Below are positions 49,901-63,037 of a stretch of 64,000 nt of DNA, in pieces (position 1 is the stretch's first letter; the number at the start of each line of letters is the position of its first letter). The stretch is from Chara braunii (Eukaryota > Plantae > Charophyceae): assembly GCA_003427395.1 (NCBI GenBank), contig BFEA01000013.1:2298264-2362263 (forward strand), written 5' to 3'. The notes under the pieces were generated by a model that was not told the origin of the DNA, did no database searches, and saw only the letters and a list, made by a program, of their open reading frames with translations. The translations under genes were made by a program, and so were the position numbers.

Positions 49901-52900
49901 GTTGAAATTATGCACCGTACTAAGCAACGCTAAGTGCTGCGCTAAGAAGCGACAAAAAGAAAGAGCCCAGAGCAGTTGAAATTATGCACCGTACAAAGCA
50001 GCGCCAAGTGCTGCGCTAAGAAGCGGCGAAGAGAAGGAGACTTGTCGAGATACGGGGAAGAAGACAAGGAAGAGAGAAAAGAAGAGGAGGGAGACTAACG
50101 ACAAGGACGAGGTTGCTACGAGACGGTGAAATGGTGGCGTAGGAGAGAGTAGAGGGGGTTGCATGAACCTGGTTGGGATCCGAGCCAGGTATGAGAAGGA
50201 AGAGAGGGAAGTGGCGGAGGAAGAGAAGACAATGGGTATGGAGGATGGGGAAAACCCATAGCCTACTTGATCCTTACTGAAATCAGCAGCAGGGAGGATG
50301 TAAGGGAGAAGAAGGTGGGGGAATTGGGATTGAGAAAGGAATGGGAGGAAGTCGAAGGTAACGGGGAGAGGTTCACCTCCGTGTCGACTTTGTGTGTCCT
50401 CGTAGAGGTCGCTGTTGCCCTTTCCTTTTTTAATTTTTATCTGAAGATTTACGGAGGTTGTTGTTTCCTCCCTTTCTACTTTTCGAATCTAACCACTATC
50501 CTGAGAAGGGTGGATAGGATTGGAGTAGTGTAGGCGGAAGGGGGGGGGATACGTGAGGAAGACATTGCATATCGAAAGTGAGAAAGAAAGAGGATGAAAA
50601 ACGTAGATATCGATCACTTCTTGACCGATTCGGACAATCTAAGACCAGGAATAGAGGTTTTGAGCCATTCCGAATCGAATGGCTGCGCCAAAATTTCGAT
50701 TTGGGTTATGGTCTAGTAGATATGAGCACTAAAAACTGTGCGGAGAAGGAGCTATTTTGACGGCATGTGTTGGCGGGTCTGCATAATGGCGGAAGCACGG
50801 AAGTAGGATGGCGGAGAAAAAGGGAAATTGGAAGAAGAGAAGAAAGGAGTGAGGAAGAGAACGATTGGAGGAAAGAAAATATATAATAGAGAGAAGGCAG
50901 AGAGGGGGTGGAAGACACTTACCTTCTGGTCGGCTTCATCAGCATGAGTCGAAGTCGGGGTTTTCACTTGAACGCTGCTCGTCGTTAAGATTCGTCAGCT
51001 TGGTTGCCATCGAGACTCTACTGTTCGTCATCACATTCGATTCCAGCGAGCTGAGGCGTTGTGCTACACTACGAGGAGGAAAAGCATGGCAAAGAAATAA
51101 TGAGGACGAAGGACAAAGAAGGAAAGGAATGAATGTGAAAGAGAGAGAAGGGGATTGATGTGTTCATCGTCCGTTTGATAAAGCATGTTTTCCTAATAAC
51201 ACTCATGACGCTCGCCTCCATGGTCTTCAGCACGGCGGTTCCCTTCACAAAGATCATTATGCATCTTCTGGTATTTCACCGGATGATTCATCTTTTCTAG
51301 TGAATGTATCTTCCCATGTTTTAGAGGAAGATCCATTCTTGTTTTTGCGCTTGGTGGTGTTGGATCTGGTCTACGTATTGTTGTTCATCAACTCGACTAT
51401 CTTGCTGCCCATCGTGTTTGCTGGGCAACATCGTCGTGCTTCCCTTTTGCGCACGTGGTCGTGGGTATCCATGCTGCTCACCAATACTGTGCGTCGCTAG
51501 GCTCGTCATTTGGATACTCTTGTTTGTTGTAGACATTTTGCATAGTGGTGGTCGCCTGAGCGGTGGCCGGTTCTACAGAAGCTCCCCTCTAGAGTGGTAG
51601 ATCCTGTAGTATTTGACTACATGGTAGCGCTCAACCCAACGACATAGTTTTGAATCGTACATGTATCCGGCCAAGATCGTGGTACGGGCAAAGGCGACGA
51701 GGGGGGGAGGCGATACCGACAAGTTTGAATTGGAGGGAGTAGAGGAAGGAAAGTGCCAGGTAAAGTAAATCAGCGCCTGCTTCGCGTTAGTGGTGCTGGC
51801 ACTTTGTCAGATGCATAGTTACCTGGAGACGGGAGTTCCGGGTACATGGGTCTGGCCAATGCAAGGATTAACTATTTGAGAAAGCTCATGATCATTTATT
51901 GGTTAAAGAAGCTCATGACCATTTATTGGTTAAAGATACGCATTGCCTGAATGATTTTCGATTAACGAACGGGGTCCCAGCCTGTGGCGTACAGTTGAAG
52001 GACTGCATTTACGATTAGACAACTTCGAGTTGAAGGAACCGGTGTTGTTTGTTGGAAGTCTAAACTATCTGTGTACGGTGCTGATGTGTTTTTGCAGCGT
52101 TATTATGTTTTGTGGCATCGTTGCTACCTCGCTACCATATACGCTGTCTTACTATGTGTCTGATGCTACCGCCATGTTTTAGCTGTTACGACTGCTAGAC
52201 CACGAACTGTTGCTGAGCCACTATGTCGTTGTTACACCTTATTCCTGAGACACACCGAAAGTTGCTTCAGCGACGCAATCGAATGTTGCTGCCGAACACC
52301 TCGGTAGGTTACTGTTGCAACAACCTGGAAGCCATATTGCCACCTACGACATTGTAGACTGCAGCCCTTTCAAGCAAAGCTTCGGTAGGTTACTGTTGCA
52401 ACAACCTGGAAGCCATATTGCCACCTACGACTTTGTAGACTGCAGCCCTTTCAAGCAAAGCTATTATCGATCAAAGGTTGTTGATGCTGATCTCAAGTTC
52501 GAGAGAAGTTGTTGATGATTGAAGGTTACTGACCACTAAAACTTGCCGCTGATGTGGATTCCGGAGTTGGTACACCTTATTCCGGAGGGGTTGTTGCTCC
52601 TGATCTTGAGTTCGTGGGAACCTGTTGCTGTTGGAATAGAGATTTTGTTGCGACATCGGCCGTCTGGTTAAACGGACTCTTGCAGTTGGCCGCCATTGCG
52701 GGCCCCTCATGATCTGAAGGCACCAAGGCCCTCCCGTGTGAGTTGAGGTGGCCCCTTCTCGTATCTCGAGCGTCTGGCTTCTCTTCTTCTGTCCTCCTTC
52801 ATCCATATCTAGTTTGTGTTCGGAGCGGAAGGCGGCAGGCGGGATTGCAACCCGTAGGACTGTATCAAGGCTTTGTGGGGGTTGACCCACCGATTGCGGG

Positions 52901-53146
52901 AGCTCTACCGGAGCCCAGGCGGGACTCTGGAGGCAGGGATCTCAGAGGTTGGCCATCACTATACCATTAGCATCCCAATAAACCCCTATCTATACAAACG
53001 TGGTGTTTGGTATGTTTAACTTTGACTTGTGTGTATGTTTGTTTTCTTTTTTTTTCACGACTTTAACTGAATCGAAAATGGAATCTACTATGTATGTTAA
53101 TTCATCTGTCTATGGTAAAAATCATGATTTTTGCATGCGATGATTT

Positions 53147-53520
53147 CAAATGGGGCTGGAGATGAGGTCCTCCTGACTGATGCGGTCGCTTTGCTGTTTG
53201 CCTAAGACATTGAAATGGGGCTGGAGATGAGGTCTTCCTGACAGATCCGGTCGCTTTGCTGGTTCCATAAGATATTGAAATGGGGCTGGAGATGAGGTCC
53301 TCCTGACTGTTCGGTCGTTTGCTGCTTGCCTAAGACATTGAAACGGGGCTGGAGATAAGGTCCTCCTGACTGATCCGGTCGGTTTGCTGCTTGCCTAAGA
53401 CATTGAATGGGGTTGGAGATGAGGTCCTCCTGACTGATCTGGTTTCCTTGCTGTTTGCTTAAGACATCGAAATGGGGCTGGAGATGAGGTCCTCCTGGCC
53501 AATCCGGTCGCTTTGCTAAG
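53147..53520. repeat. 65-bp tandem array in the 3' LTR (about 6 units)
   Basis: Same unit as 34148-35050. Confidence 0.92.
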
Positions 53521-56196
53521 TCGGTCAGATTTGCTTGTTGACTTTGCTAAGGTCTGACTTTTCTCCTTTTGAGAATAGTCCAGCCTAAGTGTGTTCGTGG
53601 TCGCATGGGGTTGACCGAGAACAACTTTGAAAGTTAATCAACTAAATAAGATACAGGACTAATGCTTTTGTGATCAGGACAAACGAAAGATGAAAACTTT
53701 GGATGAACAAACCCTGGTTTTGAATTGGTTGAATGCGTTGTGGACATGCTTGTCGGCAATGCTTTGTCTTTTTGCTCAGGCTCTGTCTGTTGTGTGCATT
53801 ATAGGGTAATTTGTTAGTGTTCGCCTTGTGCTTGAGCGATAGGCAAGTAGATGCTCACTTTGTTTATTTAGCATTTGTCTTTTCATGCATGATTGTTTTG
53901 GTAGGGCATTGGCTAGCCTCCGAGTTTGTAGAAGTTATTGGAGCCTCTTTTCCTTAGGGTAGATGCTGCCAATTTTTTCGCTAAATACTCGGAAGTTCGT
54001 GAAGTTTAAGAGATGCTAGCTAGATTAGGATATGGTTTAGTCTTTGGGGACAATGGGAATTATGAAAGCCTTCCTCTCTAAAGGAAGTGTTGCCCAAATT
54101 TCTACTGGAAACCAAATAGTTGGTTTATTTTCATATATTTTCAGAGTCGTGAGTTTGTATTTGGTATTGTAAATATTCTTCACACTTCCCTAAAAGAAGT
54201 GTTGCCGAAATTTTTTGGATTTTCACATCGTTACCGGACGCTACTGCTTAGAGTGCGATACAGAGTTGAACTCCGTTAACTCCATAGGTGATGCCTAGCT
54301 TGATTTTGTGACGCAGATCATTGCAACCTGCGAGTGTTCTTCGGAGACTTAAGCTTCATCAACTCCTACCCACCATGATACCCTCGTCCAGATGTCTGTA
54401 ACCCCGTAGGGGAAAGGCATTTCCGTGTGAATAAAGTTCCTATTCTTTGAACGTCTCTTGAATGGCCATGCAAAAGTTGTGTGAATCGGGGTAGGCGGGT
54501 ATGCCTTTGTCGAGTGGGGGTCGGAAAGGAGTTTGTGGGACATGAACCTGGGAGAAAAAGGGGTTGACCACGTTTTGTGGCATCTGTGTATGGATTTTCA
54601 TTGGGTTTCATGTGTGTGTAGGTAGGTATGGGAGCGAGGGCTCGGTCCTAGATCGAGAGTGATATGGAGGAATGAGTGCAGGGTGCGAGTAACAAGGTTC
54701 AACTATGGCTGTGAGAAAGACTCTCCCTGATTTCCTCCGATGCTCCCCCTTTTCTTTTTATTGTTTTACTTCTATCTCACGCATCTAGCAAGTAGGCAGG
54801 AGTAGCTGTGCTCAAGGATTAGCGTTCGATCCTCTATTGGAGTGAGACTTAGTTAGGATTAGCGCTCGATCCTCTATCGGAGTGAGACTTAGTTGGGTAT
54901 GGCGAATTGCTCGCCAACTCGTGAGTACTCTTATTTTCTTTCCTCTGGGGAGGGACGAGCGGATCCCGTCTTAAAGAGGTATTGCTTTTTAGATTATTAG
55001 TCGGACGTTGGTCCTGAGCCTGGAATTCGAGGTCCTTGTCCAGGACATCCCAGGCTCTGGTACAGCACAAAAGGGTTTCCCCTTTGAGACGGACCTACGC
55101 CTCTTGCTTATCGTCACCCACTGCCTAAAAGACAGGGGCGCCGCAAGGGCCGCACAACTTATCCTTCAGCCATGTAATATTGTGAAGGGTTCCAATATCG
55201 TGAAGGAGGAACCCTTCACGATATTTTGCGTCCGACACTTGAGTGTCGTAGGCAATCCCGAAGCCCATGAGAGGTTGCGTGGATGTGGGTAACACATGAA
55301 CCGCCACCATGACAGCAGATCAAGTGAGTACACATGATTGAGCATTATGTTTCCCTTAGCGCGTGCATTCAATTTATGCAACTCTGCGCGGACCTTGCTC
55401 AGACACATTGGTCTTCTGAGTTATGGGTCAGGAAGAATGAAAAAGGGACTAGGCTTATTTGTGTGTCTGAGTTAGTTTGTTTTGTTGCGTGTCGGGTGGT
55501 TGAGTTAGGATGTCCTAGTCGACCGACGCTGAAGGAGATCAACGCCCCAACATAACGTTTCGCGTATGGGTCCGAGTTAGGCATGGACTGTATGCTACAA
55601 CATACAGGAAACGTCGTCGGCTGGGCCACCTCTGCGATTGCATGCAAAAGCTTCCGTGTGTGGTTTAGTAGCTCGACGGGGATACGCCTACCCAAGGGAT
55701 GGTGACAACTCCCACGGGTGGAGGTAAGTTGTACCTCGTGAGACCCTGTCCCGTCGTAGGGACTCAATGGAGTTACAACTGGCGAGCTCGGCCAGAACGG
55801 CTACGCCGCTTCCCTTTTTCGTGAAGCGACTTGCGAATTCTGCCAATCCTGCGTGATGAGGCCGGGAAGGTCCCCCTAGCGGGGACCGTGCGCTCGACAT
55901 CGGGTCAGCTATTCGCAGTTAGAGTGAGTGTAGGAAATCTGGATTAGTGTCGGCCTGAAATTGTGCAACTTTGCAGATATGTCCCTCGCGAATTTCACCC
56001 CTGGCGGATACCACGGTTAACCCTTAGTTGTAGATGCTTGTCTGTTGAAAAAGCATTCGCGTGTGGCTCGCCAGAGTTGGAAAATTTGGTCACGTAGATC
56101 TTGGAAAACAAAATTACGAATGTATCCCTAAATTGTACTATATAGCCTCGCAGACAAACGCAGTAGTCAAATGAACAAGTCATTGCTGGCTTACCC

Positions 56197-56278
56197 NNNN
56201 NNNNNNNNNNNNNNNNNNNNNNNNNNNNNNNNNNNNNNNNNNNNNNNNNNNNNNNNNNNNNNNNNNNNNNNNNNNNNN
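56197..56278. other. Assembly gap
   Basis: Run of N. Confidence 1.
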
Positions 56279-56298
56279 GGGGAGCGAGGACATCTGAG

Positions 56299-59200
56299 TT
56301 AGGGACGTAAACGCGGGGATTGATGAGGGAGTAGTCCCTTCTGAGTTGCCTCGTACCTTAAGACCACGAACTTCGTTGTCTTGAGAAGTTCCTTCCTTGT
56401 GAACCAAGGGTCCTCAGAATAAGGCTGCAAGGAGAACTTCACAAGATATTGCCGATCGGGGCCGACGCCCCACTCATCCTCAATTGACTCTACCTCATAC
56501 CCCCGACAAAGTATAGGTGGTGCAAATTGAGGGGGCTGGTCAGGGAATGCATCAACAGGTGTGAAATGTAACAACTTGGATGCATGGAAGATCGGATAGG
56601 TATGCAGATGCAGTGGGACATTAATGGCATAATACGGGCCAAAAGGATCGGAACCCACAGTATCTCGTACGTGCCACAGACCCAAGTAAGTGGCAACAAC
56701 TTTGGAGAAATATCCTCTTCCCTTGATACCTATGAGTTGGCAACCCAGACATGGTCGCCGTTACGAATGGGGGAAGGACGTCGATGCCGATTAGCTTGTT
56801 CAGTCATTGCCTGCTGGGCATTGAACAAGTTGGCACGTGCCCGTTCCACGTCTACTCTCGACCGCCTGGCGAACTTAGCAGTTCCCAAGAGTCGGGTCAG
56901 ATCGAGCCTTGTTGATGAGATCATCGAAAGGCTGTCCTGGTTCGCGGCCCCAGTGTAGCCGGTACAGGGTGAACCCAATTGATGAGTGGACTGAGGTGTT
57001 GTACACAAGCTGTGCATGAGACAAGTGGAGATCCCAGTCCTGTTGATCTGGTGAGATGATAGGACGCAGCGGCTGGAATAGAATCTGGGTCATCACTTCA
57101 ACCTGTCCATTGGCTTCAAGATGACGACCGGAAGTCCTGTCCAGACGTGAATTCAGGTAAATCTTTGCAACAGGACTGCCTCTCATTGTTGCAAAATCGT
57201 GGATCTTTGTCACTTACTATGGAAGTGGGCGGTCCATGGTGAGTTACCCACCTCTGAGCAAATGTCGCTCGCATGGCGGAGACCCTAGCCTCTCCTGGCA
57301 AGGGGATGAGCTCCGCCTACTTGGAAAACCTGTCAACACCTACCATTACCTGACGCATTCCACGGGGGTGGTTCTACCCAAGTCTGTAAAGTCAATAGAC
57401 ACAAATTTAGCAGTACCCTCAGGTATGGGTAGGGGTGTGAGCAAGCCAATTGGAGGTCGTCGTTGAACCTTGTTCTTCTGACATAGCTCGCAGGTTTCGA
57501 TATAGCGCAACAGATCACTCCGCATCTCCTTCTAGAAAAAGAGTTGCGACTGGGTTGCATAGGACTTTAAGAACCCAAAGTGACCGCGTCGATCATGACG
57601 CTCTGACATTAGCAGTGTTATGAGCGGCTGGTCCTGAGGGATACACAGACGTTCCTCCCCATTGTTGTAGGTGTACAGCAAGCCTAAACTCAAGGCATAA
57701 GCTGGTTCAGAATTGGGATCAGCTTACAGATTCCTCACAATGGGCCCATAAGTCGGATCCTGATATTAGCAGTGTTTCGAGCGGCTAGTCCTGAGGGATA
57801 CATAGGCGTTCCTTCCCATTGTTGTAGGTGTACAGCAAGCTTGAACTCAGGGCATAACCAGGTTCAGAATTGGGATCTGCTTGCAGATTACTCACAATGG
57901 GCCCATAAGTCGGGTCCTGAGGCCGAAGTCGGGCAACGGTCTGGCGGATCTCCTCTCCAAAGAAGGGAGTAGAAGAGATAGCCCGCAAAAGTGTCAGGCA
58001 TGCGAGAGAGGGCATTGCTACTTTGTTATAGCAGCTCTTCTTGTGTTTCAGTTCAAAGTCAAAGAGATCAATGAACTGAATATAGCGTGCCATCCACTGC
58101 AAGGTGGAATGATCTGAAAAGATCTTGAAGTGCCTGCCCAGGAGGAAATGTTTCCAATGCTTTAGCGCGCACACAAGAGCGTACAACTCTTTCTCGTAGT
58201 TGTAATCCTGCAACTTTTGGGTCTTTATCTTCTTGCTCATATACTGTATGGGCCGCAGACCAGTCCCATCATCCCGTTGAAGTACGACCCCAATACCATA
58301 TTGACCAGCGTCAGTAGTCAAAATGAATTGCAAAGTGGGGTCAGGAAGCTTCAGTACAGGAGCACGACTCAAGGCCTTCTTGATTCGTGTAAATGCCAAT
58401 TGACAGTCATTGGACCAAAAAAAAAAGTTTTTCTTTGTCAGGTTAGTCAAGGGTGAAGCTACTGCAGAAAAGTTTTTGACGAACGTTCTGTAGTAGGATG
58501 CTAAGCCCATGATGGACCGTACATCCCTCACTGTCTGAGGCTAAGGCCAATCTTGAGTTGCAGCAATCTTTGCTGCTTCAGGGGCCAGACCATCTCCATA
58601 AATTACATGACCTAGATAGATGATAGAGGGAACTCCAAAGGAGGATTTCTCTCTGTCAGGTAAAGCTTGAAGGACTAGAGCTAAATGCTCGCTCCCTTAT
58701 AGTTTTGCTGAACACCAGGATATCATCCACGTAGACAACCATAAACTTATCCAAGTAAAACCTGAAGATGCGGTGCATCTCCGTTTGGAATGTGCCAGGT
58801 GCATTACGAAGTCCAAATGGCATCACCAGGTACTAATAAGTGCCATAGCTGGTTTTGAAGGCGGTCTTATGGACATCCTCCTCTGCCATCTTGATCTGGT
58901 GGTACCCAGATTTGAGATCGACGTTGCTGAACAGGGTACAACCCTGCACCATATACAACAGATGATCAGTATGAGGAAGAGGCTCGGTACTCTTTCTCAT
59001 GATCTTGTTGAGACCTCTGTAATCCACACATTCTGAATTCGCCATTCCCTTTGGGAACAAAGAGGATGTGCACCGAATTCAGAAGTGTTGGGTCTGATCC
59101 AACCCGTGCTGGTCAGGGTCTCAAGCTGCTTTCTGAGCTCATCAAGCTCAGCAGGGGACATCCTGTAGATCCGACCCTTTGGAGGGGTCGATCCAGGCCA

Positions 59201-60030
59201 TAGCTCGATGTGATATTTGGTAGGCCAATAGGGTAAACCCACATGTTCCTGCATCTGATCTGCATAGCTGTCCACAACCTGCTGAACCTCTGAGGGACAG
59301 GAAGTAGGAACTGCATCTGTTTGTTTGACCAAGGCCAAAAACAGACATTCATGGTGGTATTGGCGTGAGAGAGTATAAAACTCTCTTGCTTTCAAAGAGT
59401 ACCAACTGGCTTTGGGATGGTATTCAACAACCAACATACATTGCTGATACACCCCCTGCTGATTGGGCAGCTCAACCTTAGGGATCTGCCTGTCGATCCT
59501 AGGGTTGGTTGCCTGCAGCCACGACATGGAAAAAACGAGGTCAAAGGGTAGATCAGGGAATATGTAGGCTGTGTTTTACTTCTTCCCGAGTGTCGAAGGT
59601 TGCAGGAATACCACTGACCTTTTCCTTGATTGTGATCGTGGAGGAATCTCCAATATGGACCTCTAAATGTTTCTCCAACTTCATTATCTTCAGGTTCATA
59701 CGCAATTTTTGCACTGCCGTGGGAGACATGGAGTTTCGAGTAGCCCCATAGTCCAATAGACCCTTGACCCTAGTCTGGTTGATCAGGCGTTGAAGCAGGA
59801 CGAGTTCAGATTTGGTTTTCCTTTTTTCCCTTCACTTGAAGGAAGAGGGAAGCAAACATCTGAGCCTCCTCAAATTCCTGATCGGAGTCATGATCCTTGT
59901 ATACAAAGGATGTTGTTCCTATGACTCCTAATCGTCGTGGCCTATCTTCTAAAGTAGCTGCAAGTTCACCTTCGTTTGAAGATGAAATTGCAGAACTGGG
60001 GGGAGTTGCTGCCTCCAGAGACTGGTTTAG
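56299..60030 (-). pseudogene. pol: pol of element 4 with C-terminal chromodomain, disrupted
   Basis: PR LLDYGAT ~59750; RT CVDYRGLN, VDLKSGYHQ, YVDD ~58725; RH TTDAGQYGIG; INT; chromodomain YEVESIED..QYLVKF..PWFTRKEL; local duplication at 57630-57920. Confidence 0.93.
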
Positions 60031-61500
60031 TTTTTTGGCCTTTGTGAACCGGGGCCTGGCATGTAAGGGCAGTTCTTCAGAAAATGGTCGCCCTCACATC
60101 TCAGGCAGACCCCCTTATCCTTCCTCCTCCTCCAAACCGCTTCCTGGATCCTTAGGTCATGCCAAGGCATGGTGAAAGGATTAAGTGGGTCAGCGAGCAT
60201 TTGGATGTTCGGTCTCTGGGAAGGGGTAGAAGGACGATGCCCCTTATCCTTCCCCTTCTTGCTGCTGGTTGATGCACTGGTAGCAGGGAACTTACCCGTG
60301 AGCACACCCACCAGTGCCTCAGCCAGGGCCGTAGCAGTGTCTGCAGCAGGAGGTGAGGCAGTTCCAGCACGTGGGCTAGAGTGTGGGGAATCTGCATCAC
60401 TTTATGATCTAGATCCCACATGAACAAAAGCAGCCTTTCCCTTTCTTCTGCCCTTGGGAAAGGACCTCCTTCTATCTGAAGAAGGGGCTTGGACATGGAG
60501 CTTGGCCTCCACATCGAAGGCTGCTCGGCCAATGGACCTCCAATCCCTAAACCCAGAGCTATAAAGCGCAACACCGAACTTCTCAGGTGCAGCCCTACAA
60601 AAATTGGTCAGCAAATCATCATTTGCCATAACCAATTCTGGGGTGGAGGTGAGCTGCTCAAACTCAACAAACAAACTCTGGAGTGACCCTGAATAGCACT
60701 GCTGACCGAGGCGAGCAATCCGGTCAGCAACCTTGTGTGTCTGCAAATCTTTCTTCCATGGCCTGCAAAAGTTCGGCCACACCCAGCTCAAAAGTCAGTC
60801 TTCCAACATCTTGTTCTGGCTGTTGGATGAGGACGTGGCCCACTTCAGAGCCGGCCCATCCAGCAATCCCAGAATAGTAGAGACCTTTATCTCCTCAGCA
60901 CAGGTGAAGCCTCTCAGGTAGGCTCTTGCGCCAGCGGCCCAGTCCCCAACATCCACTTTGGGATCATCTCCTCTGAACTCGTTGGGGGTTGGGATCTTGG
61001 GAAAGATCCGCTGGTCACCGGCTGAGTCGTCAGGGGTCTTGGAGATTGTGGGCTTGGGAGATGGATGTGATGATGGAGAAAAGGTAGATCGAGAAAGAGA
61101 GCTGTGAGGAGAAACATGTGTGGATGGAGGGGGAGTAGTCAGGCCAGCTTGTGGGAGTTGAGCGAGGATCTGATCCATCTTAGAGCCGATTTGAGCTTGC
61201 TAAGCTTCCACTTTCTTAAGGTGGTCTTCCATCCTCCCCATTCTGTTATCCAGTTAGTGAAATAAGTGGTGGTTGCTTTGTGGTCTAGATGGATCCACTA
61301 AACAATGGATTTATTCACTTCTGAGGTACGTCCATCAGCCTCATGCTTGGCCATCTACTCAACCAGATACGTTCTCCTAAACGCATCCACTGCAGCGTTC
61401 TCTTCTTCCGGTTCCTGTTTTTCCAAGGTTGCAGTCAGCTCTTGTTGCTGACGTTTTCTTTTTTTCTCCTCCTTTATTCTCTACCGAATCTCAGCCAGGG
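60027..61500 (-). pseudogene. gag: gag of element 4
   Basis: PNEFRGDDPKVDVGDW; knuckle CLRCEGDHFLKNC; the 5' end is approximate. Confidence 0.85.
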
Positions 61501-63025
61501 TTGCGGAAGGGCCAAAAGGATGAGAAGAATCACCCTCTTCCTTCTTTAGTTCTGCAACCTTGGGATGAGGTTGAGCAACCTTGTCAGCCATTTCCCATGT
61601 TAGTTCCACAATTGGAGAGATACACCGAAGGAGTCAGTAGCAATTATTTGTTTCCCTGCAATACTACAGAAATCGCTACCACCTCTGTCAAATTGTAAGT
61701 GTGGGTGAATGGGCAACTAACGGTAGGGGTTAGAAGCATTCTTTGGAGCCCAGGCGTCAGTTAGACACAGTCCAATATAATCAATCACTCGATTTCCTTT
61801 TCACTGGCCCTGGACCATTCTGGAGTTAGTACGGTCAATTCCAGTCATTCCAGAGAGGTCACTAGAATTTTAATGCCCGTGATAGTACAATGGCGATCAG
61901 CAGGAGAGGTAAGATAGCAGAATACAGATCGTCACCGTCCAAATAAGATTTTGCGAATTATTGAATTGTCGCACTCCACGACTCAAACTCAATTTCTGAC
62001 ATTGATGACTTGGTCAACCATACCTTTGGGTTCAACGATTTACTGTTTTCATTGTACAAACTCAAAGAAATCCAGACTGGTGATTTTGCGCTTCATTGAC
62101 AACTGATAGAAAGGAATTATGACGGACAAATTTATAATTATGATTGAAGACAGGCTCAACGCATAATTATAATCTACAGTATGACTACTTTTCTAGTACC
62201 GAATTCGCAATTTGAACACACACTGTCAAGCGCAATACTGTCAGGCAGTCCCAGACAAAATTTGAGAAAAGAGTCGACAGGCACGAAGTTATGAGAGACC
62301 GAGATTAGGAAAGAAGATGGCTATGGTTGTCATGCAGTCTGACAATCTATTTCTATACGTACAGTGACCGATATTGCAATTCTAACTCCCACCAACTCAT
62401 ACTAATTTGCCACACAAAATTGTGCACGGAACATACTCACTTTAGAGAAACATTGTAGAAGAAGGTGGAGATATGGCTATGGCAGATTGTCTGCACCACT
62501 TCTTGCAGAGGCTGTTCCTCTGAACTCCACGTGCAAAATCTCCTAAAAGTTGTTGATCTTGCAGAGGAGACTGAGGCGCTTCACTCCAGGGTCTCAGATT
62601 CATTGAATCTCGCCAAGTGGCACTTGGTGAAGTAGAGCGCCACCGACACCCTGATTTGCTGCCGCTGATAGGGGGCAAGAGTAGCCCAATTCAGTGTTTG
62701 ATTGGCACTCTAGGCCAATCAATCCCAGCGCAATCCACTGATGCTCCCGCTACTCGGTGCTTCACCACCCTCTGACGAATTTCGCATCCCTTAAGGGTCT
62801 GGCGAAATCCACCGTCCTTGCCTTTCATGAATTGGGCGCTCTCCTGAAATAGCAATGCCAGATCAGTTCGATACTGAGCCACAGTAATAACCGCTTGGAA
62901 ATCTTCTTCTCGCTCGATTCAACACTGAAGAAGATGAATCGCCATGAAGCTTTTTTCCAGAGTCTCCTCAGAAGAAGAAGATGCCCTTATTGCGCTCAAC
63001 ACGTACTTGTTCCGCTCCGATCCGG

Positions 63026-63037
63026 GCTCCGATACCA
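63026..63037 (-). promoter_or_regulatory. Primer binding site, tRNA-Met, of element 4
   Basis: TGGTATCGGAGC on minus, 2 nt from the LTR end at 63040. Confidence 0.9.

Larger units (their letters stand above)
28871..55899 (+). mobile_element. Giant (27 kb) non-chromovirus Ty3/gypsy LTR retrotransposon (element 3) with ~7.7-8-kb LTRs
   Basis: LTRs 28871-36914 and 48193-55899 (TGTC...ACA) are collinear throughout. tRNA-Asp PBS; purine-rich tract before the 3' LTR; degenerate 4-bp TSD ACGG/TCGG, where the empty site in the sister LTR of element 4 reads CCGG. Confidence 0.93.
48193..55899 (+). repeat. 3' LTR of element 3 (7707 bp)
   Basis: Collinear with 28871-36914; preceded by GGGGTCTGGGAGGAC, a degenerate PPT. 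Confidence 0.92.
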
